The position numbers and the translations under genes were made by a program. Source: the human T2T-CHM13v2.0 reference genome, Homo sapiens. Taken from it: a DNA stretch of 64,000 nucleotides. The DNA is taken from the NCBI RefSeq assembly GCF_009914755.1, contig NC_060925.1; one strand, written 5' to 3'. How positions within the stretch are numbered: position 1 is the stretch's first letter; every line of letters begins with the position of its first letter. Below the pieces are notes generated by a model. The model was given only the letters and a program-made list of their open reading frames with translations, did no database searches and had not been told where the DNA came from. Positions 33,152 to 48,139 of this stretch are shown here, in pieces.

Positions 33152-34168
33152 TTACATTTTGGCATGATTTTGCAGCGGCTGGTACCGGTTGCTCCTTTCC
33201 ATGTTTAGCGCTTCCTTCAGGAGCTCTTTTAGGGCAGGCCTGGTGGTGACAAAATCTCTCAGCATTTGCTTGTCTGTAAAGTATTTTATTTCTCCTTCGC
33301 TTATGAAGCTTAGTTTGGCTGGATATGAAATTCTGGGTTGAAAATTCTTTTCTTTAAGAATGGTGAATATTGGCCCCCACTCTCTTCTGGCTTGTAGGGT
33401 TTCTGCCGAGAGATCCACTGTTAGTCTGATGGGCTTTCCTTTGAGGGTAACCCGACCTTTCTCTCTGGCTGCCCTTAACATTTTTACCTTCATTTCAACT
33501 TTGGTGAATCTGACCATTATGTGTCTTGGAGTTGCTCTTCTCGAGGAGTATCTTTGTGGCATTCTCTGTATTTCCTGAATCTGAATGTTGGCCTGCCTTG
33601 CTAGTTTGGGGAAGTTCTCCTGGATAATATCCTACAGAGTGTTTTCCAACTTGGTTCCATTCTCCCCATCACTTTCAGGTACACCAATCAGACGTAGATT
33701 TGGTCTTTTCACATAGTCCCATATTTCTTGGAGGCTTTACTCATTTCTTTGTATTCTTTTTTCTCTAAACTTTCCTTCTCGCTTCATTTCATTCATTTCA
33801 TCTTCCATCACTGAAACCCTTTCTTCCAGTTGATCGCATCGACTCCTGAGGCTTCTGCGTTCTTCACGTAGTTCTCGAGCCTTGGTTTTCAGCTCCATCA
33901 GCTCCTTTAAGCACTTCTCTGTATTGGTTATTCTAGTTATACATTCTTCTAAATCTTTTTCAAAGTTTTCAACTTCTTTGCCTTTGGTTTGAATGCCCTC
34001 CAGTAGCTCAGAGTAATTTGATCGTCTGAAGCCTTCTTCTCTCAGCTCGTCAAAGTCATTCTCCATCCAGCTTTGTTCCGTTGCCGGTGAGGAACTGCGT
34101 TCCTTTGGAGGAGGAGAGGCGCTCTGCTTTTTAGAGTTTCCAGTTTTTCTGTTCTGTTTTTTCCCCAT
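33152..34168 (-). pseudogene. L1 ORF1 of the L1PA2-like element, premature stops
   Basis: MGKKQNRKTGNSK... ends at RIQRNE-stop (33737). A second stop lies near 33633. C-terminal ORF 33152..33562 ends QNHAKM. Confidence 0.93.
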
Positions 34169-35074
34169 CTTTGTGGTTTTATCTACTTTTGGTCTTTGAT
34201 GATGGTGATGTACAGATGGGTTTTTGGTGTGGATGTCCTTTCTGTTTGTTAGTTTTCCTTCTAACAGACAGGACCCTCAGCTGCAGGTCTGTTGGAATAC
34301 CCTGCCGTGTGAGGTGTCAGTGTGCTCTTGCTGGGGGGTGCCTCCCAGTTAGGCTGCTTGGGGGTCAGGGGTCAGGGACCCACTTGAGGAGGCAGTCTGC
34401 CCATTCTCAGATCTCCAGCTGCATGCTGGGAGAACCACTGCTCTCTTCAAAGCTGTCAGACAGGGACATTTAAGTCTGCAGAGGTTACTGCTGTCTTTTT
34501 GTTTGTCTGTGCCCTGCCCCCAGAGGTGGAGCCTACAGAGGCAGGCAGGCCTCCTTGAGCTGTGGTGGGCTCCGCCCAGGTGGAGCTTCCTGGCTGCTTT
34601 GTTTACCTAATCAAGCCTGAGCAATGGCGGGCGCCCCTCCCCCAGCCTCGCTGCCACCTTGCAGTTTGATCTCAGACTGCTGTGCTGGCAATCAGCGAGA
34701 CTCCGTGGGCATAGGACCCTCCAAGCCAGGTGCGGGATATAATCTCGTGGTGCGCCATTTTTTAAGCCTGTCAGAAAAGCGCAGTATTTGGTTGGGAGTG
34801 ACCCGATTTTCCAGGTGCTGTCCGGCATCCCTTTCTTTGACTCAGAAAGGGAACTCCCTGACCCCTTGCGCTTCCCAAGTGAGGCAATGCCTCGCCCTGC
34901 TTCGGCTTGCGAACGGTACGCGCACCCACTGACCTGCGCCCACTGTCTGGCACTCCCTAGTGAGATGAACCCAGTACCTCAGATGTAAATGCAGAAATCA
35001 CCCGTCTTCTGCGTCGCTCACGCTGGGAGCTGTAGACCGGAGCTGTTCCTATTCGGCCATCTTGGCTCCTCCCC
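34169..35074 (-). promoter_or_regulatory. L1 5'UTR internal promoter, YY1 site intact
   Basis: CAAGATGGCCG on the minus strand at 35054-35064. CpG-rich relative to the flanks. Confidence 0.8.
34624..34932 (+). CDS. L1 ORF0 (antisense-promoter ORF), open for 102 aa
   Basis: MAGAPPPASLPPCSLISDCC... is the primate L1 ORF0 N-terminus, in GCAATGG context. Expression is unproven. Confidence 0.6.
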   Translation: MAGAPPPASLPPCSLISDCCAGNQRDSVGIGPSKPGAGYNLVVRHFLSLSEKRSIWLGVTRFSRCCPASLSLTQKGNSLTPCASQVRQCLALLRLANGTRTH

Positions 35075-35529
35075 CTCTGGTTTCTTTATTGTTATTGTTT
35101 TATAGGCCCCATTAGTTTTATGCTTTCAAGAGGTTCTATTCTGGTTCATAATTGCCTTTTTCTTTTAAAGTTTAAAACTCCTTTTAGCATTTTCAATAGA
35201 GCTGGTCTAGTAGTAACAAATTCTCTCAGCATTTGTTTGTCTGAAAATGACTTTAATTCTCCTTCATTTACAAAACTTAGTTTTGTTCTGGATACAAAAT
35301 TCTTGACTGACAGTTATTCTCTTTAAGAAGGCTAAAGATAAAACTCCAATCCCTTCTGGCTTAAAAGGTTTCTGCTGAGGAAATCTCTTAGTTTTTCAAG
35401 CAAACACAATGAAAGAAGACTGAAATGATAATTCAAGACCATGGATCCATTAACTTTAACATGAACAACACAAAGTAAATAAATGTTGTTCCTTACCTAT
35501 AATTAGTTTGAGTGTTTGTTTCTATTTTA

Positions 35530-35858
<329 letters not shown>

Positions 35859-35859
35859 C

Positions 35860-35898
<39 letters not shown>

Positions 35899-36278
35899 TA
35901 CACACACACATATATCTTCTCATTCTCAAAGTTAGCCTTTGCACAACATTTTTTTTAATAAACAGGTACGTTGATTTTTACTTATTCTAACTTTCCAAAG
36001 TCACAGTTAAGGAAATTCACAAATTTAGACATCTTATTATAAGAACACTGTTTCTTTTGTTTGTTTTAAATGGCTCTGATTCCCTCAGCACTGGCAAGGC
36101 TTATATTGCCATTCATAGATAGACTTAAAAATAGACTAATACCACAACACGGATCACAAGGTATATAATTCTTGCTCCTTTTATGTTGTAAGCATATACT
36201 ATATACACTGAATATGGGCCTCCATTTTCTTCTGTTATTCCCCAGCATGGTTCTATAGATAGGTACAGCTTTGCTATC

Positions 36279-36459
36279 TGGTGATTCTCAAAGTGTGGTC
36301 CATGCAAAAATATCTTTAGCATGACCTGGGAACTTATTACAAATGCAGATTCTTGGGCTCTAAACCAGATATTCCAAATCAGATACTTTGGAGTCAGGGC
36401 CCAGGAATCTATATTTAATCCAAGTGATCCTGATGCACACTAACGTTTCAGAACCATTA
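36279..36459 (+). mobile_element. MER5A-like hAT MITE
   Basis: gtgattctcaaagtgtggtcc...aaatgcagattcttgggc...gatgcacactaacgtttcagaacca. Strand is nominal. Confidence 0.75.
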
Positions 36460-36529
36460 CTGCGAGTAAGGTCTCTGAGAACAACAAAGCATCACAACTA
36501 CTCCTTTGGCCATGGAAAAGGTGATATAG

Positions 36530-36930
36530 CTGAAAATTTTTATATTTTAAATTGTAAAATATTGAATACATTTTACATTGTAAAATATAAAATATACTTT
36601 TATGGTAAAATATATAACAGATATGCTCAGATTAAATAATTTTAAAGTGAACATCTACAGTTATCATCACCCACATCAAAAGCCCACCCTCGAAGCCCTC
36701 TATATATGCCTCCCAATCATGACCCTTTCTCCTCTTAGGGGAGACACCTACCTGACTTTGGAATAAACTTTTCTTTATAGTTTACCACCTACATATGAAT
36801 TCTTGAAATATGTGGTTGATTTTTGCCTATATTTGAACTTTTTGTGATTAGAGTAATACAGCATATATGCTTCATGTCTTTCTTATTTTGCTCAAGTTCA
36901 TTACTATGAAATTCATTCATTTTGTTGTGT
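36530..36930 (-). mobile_element. Old L1ME-like 3' fragment
   Basis: Decayed L1ME 3'UTR motifs (aaagtgaaca; cctgacttt; aattcattcattttgttgtgt). Confidence 0.45.
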
Positions 36931-39189
36931 TTCCTTCTATTTGAAAGGGAAGGAAGAAAATGCAACAATGTAAACAGTTAGAATCTCTGGATGGTAGGAG
37001 TAAGTGATTTTTAAAATAGACATTTGTCTGTATTTCTAAATTTTTCTACTAAGATGAATTCCTGAGTAAAACTTAGCATTTCCCACCTCTGTATCAAATA
37101 ATTTGAGGTGCATGTTTTGAATCACATTAACAGATTAAATAAAAATCTATGATGCAAAGCCAAACCTTGTTTCATTTATTAAACTTTCATTTCATATATG
37201 AAACTTCATATTCTGATTCAGCCCAATACTTAAATAAGATTTGGCTTAAAGATTTTCTGACCTCAAATTCAGGATATTCTGAAGAATAACTTTTAAAAAC
37301 GGAGAAGAAAGTCTGTGGCACAGACCTGTAACCACAATTTCAAGAGTCATTTTTAAGCACACTAGAGTCACTTTAGTTCTTTCCAATCTGCTTAAATTGA
37401 AATCCTTAATATTATCCTAGAAGACTACCCTCCCTTTGATAACAAGGCTGTTCTTCAATAACCACCATGAAACTGCTCTGGTGAAATAACTGGGATGAGT
37501 AACTCACTTCCTATTTTGCACACATAGAAGTCACAGTACGTATGCTAAGTGTTAAAAGAGACATAGTAGATGTAAGTTGGTGATAGGTTAGAAAAGAACT
37601 AATAACTAAAATAAGTTAGAACTTTGAACCATAGGTTTTCTAGAGTAAGTAAGATGTGTGAATATATAGAAAAGCAAAGAAGGGTACCATTTATTAATCC
37701 ATTCAAAAATCAATTACACTGACCATGTCCCTTCAATATTTTTCATGTCAACTCCTCCCATGTTTTAACTTATTATTTGGAAACCCAAGCTTTTCATAGA
37801 CTTTTCTGAAAGATACTACCTTTTCTTTAGAAATCGTCCCTCTTTCTTCCTCCTAAGAATCAATTATAATTATCTTGCCAGAATGTCAGCATTTATAATC
37901 TGCCATGTAACTTGAATCATTTTTTCAAGTCTTATAAAATGAGATCATGCTACTTTGGGTTTTCATGTTTTAAAACATATCTTGATAAAGTAACATCATG
38001 TGTTCTGAATCCTGGATCACAGATTCATAAAGATTAGCCCAGCTCTTGGGTAGAAGAAAAAAAAAAAAGCCTGAAAAGCAGAACCACAGCATGGTAGGAG
38101 GAAACTCTTGTCTTCCTTTTGTCATTGTGCAATTACGCAGATGTTTAATCTGCAGAGGAAAGGGTTAGGAGGATACATAGAAAACCAGTACTAGAGGATC
38201 CTCCAAAGCAGAGGAGTGGGCACATTCTATCTTTGCTACAAACTCTTTTTTAAGATATGTTTTCCTCAGGTCTAAATCATGTGTAGCTATGCTCAGCATT
38301 AGTTACCATGAGTTCTAAAATGGCATGGTCCTCTAACAGACAAGTGAATGAAAAACAGGCAAGAGGAGTGGCACTGTCATCAAAATTCTGCATAAAGCTT
38401 ACATTAATGTTGTTCTTCCTAGAAGTATCTGTGCATACATAGAACCTACTGGGTCAACAAATGAATATTCCAAAGGCATGTGTGTCAGGTTGCCTCAATA
38501 ACATCATTCCCTGAATCACCGTGACTCTGAATCTTAAAATAGAAAAAAAAAAGTGAAAAACAGGAATTATCTAAATTTCTTTTATAAATGTTTACTGAAA
38601 CAAAACACTGAAATTAAATATTATTCAAAATAAAAAACTGAAAAGGTATAAAGAAACTTAGATAATTAAGCTTATAAGTGATATTTATTGTTTGTGGTAT
38701 TTATAGTTCTGAAGTTATTAAAGCTTAAAACTGTGCTATGACTTTTGAGAAAACCCCATGTTACATTTTTGCCAGTGCTATTTCTTTCCATGAAACTGGG
38801 TTTCATTCCAATCTCACTAGAGAAAGATCAATCTAAGCACTGTCTAGCAACAGATCAAGATTTACCGTTATTTTCATTAAACAACTGCTATAAAGAAGTA
38901 AACGTGCATTAGAGAAGCTACTTGTGTAAAGCAGAGTGTCCCAACTACTCACATTTTCCATTACTCCAAAAAATTCTCACCAACCTAAAATCCAGCACAG
39001 GGATCTGAGTTATAAGAACAGCTGAAAATCAAAAGGTGACTCTTCCCTAACCATCTCCTTGGTTGCTATTGACCTGCCATAGTGAACAAACTAGGAATCT
39101 TCAATCATGTATCAACTTTTATAAGGCTTGACTCTGATGATGGCAGATTACTAAAGGAAATGCAAGATGGTCCCTGCCCAGAATTTCTC

Positions 39190-39369
39190 ATAAGTGGCTC
39201 TTGTACTGGGTGTTTATCAGGAAAACCCAGGGATTCTTTTAAAAATGCATATTCTTGGGCTCTACTCCAGATATACTGAAAAAAGATTCTAAAATTAGGG
39301 TCCATGAATAAGAATTTTAAACAGTCTCCCCAAGTGGTTCTGTTGCACACTAAAGTTTGAGAAGCACTA
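39190..39369 (+). mobile_element. MER5-like hAT MITE
   Basis: ttttaaaaatgcatattcttgggc...gcacactaaagtttgagaagcact. Strand is nominal. Confidence 0.7.
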
Positions 39370-39469
39370 TCTAGCATCTTAGTGTCACAATACTACTGGT
39401 TCAGGTTCTAGTCTCACGTCCCAACCACATGAAGGACTTAAGATGCCTTATACCACTTGAGGTAGAATG

Positions 39470-39927
39470 ATACATTGGTGGTCCAGTGAACCATAATTCC
39501 TGGTATTCATGTGCTTGTAGAGTCTCCTCCTATACTGACTCTGGACCTGGCCATGTGACTTTCCTTAGCTGTGATGCAAACAGAGACATGATGAGCAATT
39601 TCCATTGAGGATTATCTTGGAATGTTACTCTTAGAAGCCAGAAACCATCCGGTAAAGAAGCTCAGGCTATACTACTGAATGATGAGAGGCCACATGGAAA
39701 GAGTCTTTTGAGAATGAGATTCAGTCTTGTACACTCCAGCTCCAGTACAGCTCCCAGATGAATGAAGCCACATGAATAACTCAAGCAAGGCATAGCACAG
39801 AAGAATCATCAATTGATAACCCACAGAATTGTGAAAAATAATACATCATTTTTCCCTTTTTCTTTTTAGCCTCTATTTCTTAATGATGAGATAAATCATT
39901 GTTTTTAAGAAACTAAGTTTTTGGATA
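39470..39927 (+). mobile_element. MLT1-type MaLR LTR; last ~35 nt displaced to 46460-46495 by an L1 insertion
   Basis: MLT1 motifs (ctggccatgtgactt; tgtttttaagaaactaagtttt). The terminal gtttgttatacagcaata appears after the L1. Confidence 0.65.
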
Positions 39928-42295
39928 TCTGGGGGCAGGGCTAAGATGGTAGACTGGAAGTAGTTCATGTGTGCCACTCCCAGGGGGAGAAAACAAAAGT
40001 GCTAGTGAACACGGGTTCTGCAGGCTGATCATCTGAGAAACCATGATGAGATACATCAAGGCAGCAGGGGAACACAGAGAACAAAGAGGGGCAAAGCTGG
40101 GCACCAGTCTGTCGGGGCTCAGTGCAGAGCCAGGAAAACCTCTTCAACACGGGAAAGGGTGAGTGAGTGACAGCCCCCAGGGGGACTCACCCTTACCACA
40201 TGGACCCATGCAAGACTGAGAAGGAGAGAATCAACCTGGCTTCCCCACAATTCCCCAACATACTTCTAGATTGAGGCAGTGAGCCACTCAGATGTTTTGC
40301 AGAGGCAACTCCCATGTCCCCCCAGGAAGCACACAGATAGTAGATTAGGGCAACTTGGCTAGGATAGGGCTTGTCACTCAACTGCAGCCCCAGTCTGAGG
40401 GAGCCCCTTGGACCAGAATAACCAACAAAAGAAATGCAGACACAAAGGCAGTAATAACTGGGGCCTCCTGCAAGACCCAGGAGCAGACTAGAATTGAAGC
40501 CAGACAACCAAACCCACCTTATACCACAATCAAACCCCCAAGGGCATCAAATAAAAAAAAAGCAAAACAATCCATCCAGAAGACATCAACTTCAAAAACT
40601 GGAGGAATATCAGCCCACACAAATGAGAAAGAACCAGTACAAGAACTCTTACAATGGAAAAAGCTGAAGTGCCTTCTTTCTTCCAAACAACCACACTAGT
40701 TCTCCAGTTAAGGGTTATTAACTGGGTTGAGATGGCTGAAATGACAGAAACAGAATTCAGAATGTGGATAGGAATGAAGATCATCAAGATTCAGAAGAAT
40801 GTTGAAACCCAATCCAAGGAAGCTAAGAATCACAATAAAACAATACAGGAGATGAAAGTCAAAATAGCTCATATAGAAAATAATACAACCAATCTGATAG
40901 AGCTGAAAAACACACTACAAGAATTTCATAATGCAACCACAAATATTAACAGCAGAATAGAACAAGTGGAGAAAAGAATCTCAGAGATTGAAGACTGGCT
41001 TTCTGAAATAATACAGTCAGACAGGAAGAAAACAGAACAAAAAGGAATGAATAAAACCTCTGAGAAATATGGAATTATGTAAAAGACCAAATCTATGACT
41101 CTCTGGCATACCTGAAAGAAATGGGAAGAAAGAAAACAAGTTGAAAAACATATTTCAGGATATCATCCATGAGAATTTCCTCAACCTAGCTAGAGAGTCC
41201 AACACTCAAATTCAGGAAATGTGGAGAACCACCACAAGATACTTCAAGATCACCCCCAAGACACATAATCATCAAATTTTCCAAGTTCAAAATGAAAGAA
41301 AAAATGTTAAAAGCAGCTAGAGAGAAAGGACAGGTCACCTAAAAAGAGAAGCCCATCAGAATAATAGTGTACCTATCAGCAGAAACCCTACAAGCCAGAA
41401 GAGACTGAGGGCCTATATGCAACATTCTTTAAGAAAAGGAATTCCAACCAAAAATTTCATATCCAGTCAAACTAAGCTTCAAAAGCAAAGGAAAAATAAG
41501 ATCCTTTCAGACAAGAAAATGCTGAGGGAATTCATTAATGCTAGACCTGCCTTATAAGAGCTCCTGAGAGAAGCACTAGATATGGAAAGGGAAGACCATT
41601 ACCAGCCACTACAAAACACACTTAAGTACACAGACAAGTGATACTATGAAGCAACCACACAAAGAAGTCTGCATAATTACCAGCTAAGAACATAATGACA
41701 GGATCAAATTCACACATATCAATACTAACCTTGAATATAAATGGGCTAAATGCCCCAATTAAAAGGCACAGAGTAGCAAGTTGGATAAAGATGCAAGATA
41801 CATGGTATGCTGTCTTCAGGTAACCCATCTCACATGCAATGGCACCCACAGGCTCAAAACAGAAATAGAGACAAATCTACCAAACAAACGGAAAACAGAA
41901 AAAAGCAGGAGTTGCAAGCCTAATTTCAGACCAAACAATCTTTAAGCCAAATAGATTTTTAAAAGCCAGAGAATGACATTACATAATGGTAAAGGGTCCA
42001 ATTCAACAATTCTTAAATCCTAAAAATTTAGGATTCAACTATCCTAAATCTATAGGCACCCAATACAGGTGCACCCAGATTCAAAAAACAAGTTCTTAGA
42101 GACCTATGAAGAGACTTAGATTCATACACAATAATAGTGGGAGACATCAACACCCTACTGACAGTAATAGATCATTGAGGCAGAAAATTAATAGTATCAG
42201 GATCTGAACTAAACTCTTGACCAAATGGATCTAATAGACATCTACAGAACTCATCACCCTAAGAAGACAGAATATATATTCTTTTCATTATCACA

Positions 42296-42670
42296 TGTAT
42301 TAGTCCGTACTCATGCTGCTAATAAAGACATATCTGAGACCGGGTAATTTATAAAGGAAAGAAGTTTAATTGACTCACAGTTCAGCATGGCTAGGGAGGC
42401 CTCAGGAAACTTACAATCATGGCAGAAGGGGAAGCAAACATGTCCTTCACATGGCGGCAACAAAGAGAAGTGCAGAGTAAAAGAGGGAAAAGCCCCTTAT
42501 AAAACCATCAGATCTCGTGAGAACTCACTAATTATCATGAGAACAGCAGTGTGGGGGTAACTGCTACCAAGATTCAAATATCTCCTACCAGGTCCCTCCC
42601 ATGACATGTCAGAATTATAGGAACCACAATTCAAGATGAGATTTGGTTGGGGACACGCCAAACCATATCA
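42296..42670 (-). mobile_element. THE1 (B/C-like) solo LTR inside L1 ORF2
   Basis: tgtattagtcc...ccaaaccatatca, 375 nt, TG...CA ends. TSD TCACA/CCACA at 42291-42295 and 42671-42675. Confidence 0.92.
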
Positions 42671-44258
42671 CCACATGATACATACTCTAAAATCAACCAC
42701 GGAATCAGACATAAGACAACCCTCAGCAAACTCAAGAAAACTGAAATCATAACCAACCATACTCTTCTGTGCAATTAAAACAGAAATCAAGGCCATGAAA
42801 ATTGCTCAAAGCCATACAATTGCATGGAAATTAAACAACCTGCTCCTGAATGACTCTTAGGTAAATAATGAAATTAAGGCAGAAATCAAGAAGTTCTTTG
42901 AAATGAATGAGAACAAAGACACAACAAATCAGTATTTCTGGGACACAGCTAAGGCAGTGTTAAGAGGGAAATTATAGCACTAAACACCCACATCAAAAAG
43001 TTGGAAAGATCTCAAGTTAACAATCAAACATCACAACTAGTAGAACTTGAGAACCAAGAACAAACCAACCCCAAAGCTAGCAGAAGACAAGAAATAACCA
43101 AAATCAAGAGCTAAAATGGAGGAGATAGAGACAAAAAATCATACAAAAGGTTAATGAATCCAGGAGTTGTTTTTTTTTTTAAAGTAAGATAAATTGACAG
43201 CTAGACAAATAAAGAAAAAAGATACAAATAAACACAATCAGAAATGACAAAGGAGACGTTACCACTGACCCCACAGAAATACAAAGAACCATCAGAGACT
43301 ACTATGAACACCGTTATGCACATAAGCTAGAAAATCTAAAATAAATGAGTAATTCCTGGACATGTACATCCTCCCAACACTGAACCAAGAAGAAATTGAA
43401 TCCTCAAGCAGACCAATAGTGACCTCTGAAACTGAATCAGTAAAAGCCTACCAATCAAACAAAAGGCCCAGGACCAGACGGATTCATAGCCATATTCTAC
43501 CAGATGTACAAAGAAGAGCTAGGATCATTCCTACAGAAGCTATTCCAAAAAATTGAGGAGGAGGGAATCCTCCTCAACTCATTCTATGAGGCCATCATCA
43601 TCCTGATACCAAAATATGACAGAGACACAACAAAAAAAGAAAACTTCAGGCCAATGTCCTTGATGTACATCTATATAAAAATTTTCAACAAAATACTCGC
43701 AAGCCAAATCCAGCAGCACATCAAAAAGCGAATCCACCATGATCAAGTAGGCTTTATCCTTGGGATACAAGGTTAGTTCAACATACACAAATCAATAAAT
43801 GTGACTCATCACATAAACAGAACTAAAGACAGGAACCACAGATGCAGAAAAAGCCTTTGATAAAATTCAGCATCCCCTCATGTTAAAAACCCTCAAATAA
43901 ACTAGGCATTGAGGAACATACTTCAAAATAATAATAGTCATCAATGACAAACCCACAGTCAACATCATGCTGAATGAGCAAAAGCTGAAAGCATTCTCCT
44001 TGAAAACCAAAACAAGACAAGGATGCCCTCTATCACCAAATCTATTGAACATAGTATTCGAAGTCCTGGCCAGAGCAATCAGGCAAGAGAAAGATATAAA
44101 AGGCATCCAAATAGAGAGAAAGGAAGTCAACCTATCCCTGTTTGAAGATGACATGATTCTATATCTAAAAAACCTCATTAGTCTCTGCCCAAAAGCTTCT
44201 TGAGATGACAAGCAACTTCAGCGAAGTTTCAGGATACAAAATCAATTTATAAAAATCA

Positions 44259-44700
<442 letters not shown>

Positions 44701-47390
44701 CTATAATGAAAATTACAAAACACTGCTCAAAGAAATCAGAGATAACACAAACAAATGTAAGAACATTCCATGCTCTTAGATGGGAAGAATCAATATCATT
44801 AAAATGGTCATACTGCCTAAAGCAATTTACAGATTCAATGCTATTCCTTTCCATGTACCAGTGACATTCTTCACAAACTGGAAAAAAACTATTTTAATGT
44901 TCATATTGAACCAAAAAAGAGCCTGAATTGCCAAGGGAACCCTAAGCAAAAAGATCAAAGCTGGAGGAATCATATTGTCCAACTTCACACTGTAGTACAA
45001 GGCTACAGTAACCAAAAACAACATGGTACTGGTATAAAAACAGACACACAGACCAATGGAGCAGGATAGAGAGCCCAGATATAAACCCACACACCTACAA
45101 CCATCTGATCTTTGACAAAGCTGACAAAAACAAGCAATGGGGAAAGGACTCCCTATTCAATAAATGATTCTGGGATAACGGGCTAGCTATATACAGAAGA
45201 CTAAAACTGGACCCCTTCCTTACACCATATACAAAAATCAACTCAAGATGGATGAAAGACCTAAATGTAAAACCTAAAACCTAAATAAAACCTAAAACCT
45301 AAATAAAAACCCTAAAGGATAACCTAGGAAATATCATTTTGTACATAGGAACTGGCAAAGATTTCATGACAAAAATGCCAAAAGCAATTGCAACAAAAGC
45401 AAAAATTGATAAATCAAAAATAAGCTAAAGAGCTTTTGCATAGCAAAAGAAACTATGAACAGAGTAAACAGACAACCTACAGAATGAGAGAAAATATTTG
45501 CTAACTATACGTCTGACAGAGGTCTAACATCCAGAATCTATGAGGAACTTAAACAAATTTACAGGAAAAAAATAAAAACAACCCCATAACACAGTGGGTG
45601 AAGGACATGAACAGACAATTTTCAAAAGAAGACACACATGCAGCCAACAACCATGAAAAAAAGCTCAATATCACTGATCATTAGAGAAATGCAAATCAAA
45701 ACCACAGTGAGATACCATCTCACACCAGTCAGAATGGCTATTACTAAAAAGTCAAAAAATAACAGATGCTGGTTAGGTGGTGGAGAAAAAGGAACACTTA
45801 TATACCTGTTGGGGGAAGTGTAAATTAGTTCAGCTATTGTGGAAGACAGTGTGGCGATTCCTCAAAGACCTAAAGCCATAAATACCATTTGACACAGCAA
45901 TCCCATTACTGGGCACATACCCAGAGGAATATAAATCATTCTACCATAAACACGCATGCAAATGTTCACTGAAGCACTATTCACAATAGTAAAGACATAA
46001 AAGTAACCTAAATGCCCATCACTGGTAGACTGGATAAAGAAAACATGGTACATATACACCATGGAATACTCTGCAGCCATTAACAAAAAAAATGAGATCA
46101 TGTCCTTTATAGGAACACGAATGGAACTGGAGGCCATTATCCTTAGCAAACTAATGAAGGAACAGAAAACCAAATACCACATGTTCTCACTTACAAGTGG
46201 AAGCTAAATAATGAAAAGACATGGACAGAAGTTGAAAAACAGACACTGGAGCCTTCTTAAGGGTGGAGGATTGGAGAAGGGATAGGTTTGGAAGAAAAAA
46301 AATACCTACAGAGTACTGTGCTTGGTAATGGGGTGACGAAATAATCTGTTAACTAAACCCCGAGTCAAGAGTTTGCCTACATAACAAAACTGCACATGTA
46401 CCCCTGAACCTAAAATAGAAGTTAAAATATTTTTAAGAGTTAAATTAAATTTAAAAAATATTTTAGGATAGTTTGTTATACAGCAATAATATCTAAATTT
46501 CACTATTTGTAAATGATTTTTCTTAAGCTTAATACATACTTACCTCTTCAGGGCCATTAAATGCAATCCTTCCTCAAAATTAGGATTCTTTTGTAGGGAC
46601 TAACAGAACTCTTGAGATTCCTTCTAAATCAATAAATCACCAGTTTTATTTAAAGTCCCTAAAACTTACAGATCCTTAGGATATTTTCACTGTCTATAAT
46701 TTTATGTTTCAAAAATGTATGCTAAGCTCTGTGCATTCAAAGTCAGGGTCCTAACATGTAGTTCAGTGTACTTGGTGCAATTGATAAAATTCCATCCAAC
46801 TGTTTACTTTTTCAGATAGAACAGAACACATTCACAAAACTCCAAAATGGTGACATTCTAAGCAAAACTGGGACCACTTCTGGAATTTTTGTTAAAACTG
46901 AGTTAAATATACGATGTTTAGCTCTCTTTATACCAAAAAATGTCATGCCTCTTTCACAGTATCCTAGTGGATGAACTGCATGAAGGAAATCAAATATGAA
47001 AAAGCTGAGCACTTAACTGATTCAATCGGCCCAAATTTAGGAGGTTGCATGCATCTACCAGGGCTCTTGGCTTACACAGCACCAAAGCTACCATTACAGT
47101 GGATAGTAAAACTCTGAAAGAGGCTCTGAGTAAGAATAACCCAATTTCTAAAAGTGAGGACATGATAAATAAGACCTAGCGCCTACCAGTCTCATTTTAA
47201 TTCTTATACCAGAGCCAATTCTGATGCTAAATTTACAAATTGGTCAATATTCTAATAAATAATTTGCTTCCTAGTAAATTAAATGCAGACAACCACAAAA
47301 TATCTAAACTTTCTTTGAAACATTCTCCATGAAAATAGAATTATTTTTTACAACCAAAACACAACATCAAGGTATAGAATACAATTTCCA

Positions 47391-47544
47391 ATTTATTTAT
47401 TTTTCTCTATCTCTCTCTCTTTCTAATATAGACAGGGTCTTGCTATGCCGGCCTGGCTGATTTCAAACCCCTGGCCTCAAGCAATCCTCCTACCTCGGCC
47501 TCCTAGAGTACTGGGATTACTGGCATGAGCCACCATGCCTGGCC
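47391..47544 (-). mobile_element. FLAM_C-like monomer
   Basis: gacagggtcttgctatg...ctggcctcaagcaatcctcc...ccatgcctggcc. Confidence 0.85.
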
Positions 47545-48139
47545 AAAATTTTCCTTTATAAGAATTTTCTACACAGTTTCACAGAATAATAGAATAACTG
47601 GGTTTAAATGCTCAGATAAAACTTTAAAACAATCTTAACTCATTTTACTGATGAAACTAAACTTCAAAAAGGACTGTTATAAACAATGCAGTAAAATTGT
47701 TTAATGCATAAATCTGTTATAAGGAAAATTTCTAACAAAATTTCAGGGTTCTACTACTCAATAAAAAGACTAAATTGTTTCTCCATTACAAGTATAAAAG
47801 CCACTCTCCCAGATTTGGCTACCTCCTCTTGCCCAGTGTCAACCATAATAGGCAATCAAAAAATAGCTACTGAATCAACCAGATGTAAGCAATAAACCTA
47901 CTTCATGCACTTAAATCAGACCTAGGCTTTAACTGGGGAAAAAAATTAAAGCACTTTATTCCTTTAACAATGACTACATTTTTCTCCCTGTAGATGATGA
48001 ATGTAAATGTTGGATTTTTGTTAGCATTATAAAACTATTACTTTGTTACAAGACAGTCATTCAACTTTGCTTAAAAATTAAAAGATAATGATATTAGTGG
48101 CAGCAGCAGTAGTAGTAGTAATAGAGTAGTAATCATAAT

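Noticed and set aside
46538-46640. Strong minus-strand donor GAG|GTAAGT at 46546-46538 suggesting a hidden exon
   Set aside because: Upstream acceptors are weak and no NME7-like peptide results; isolated consensus donors are common in long introns.
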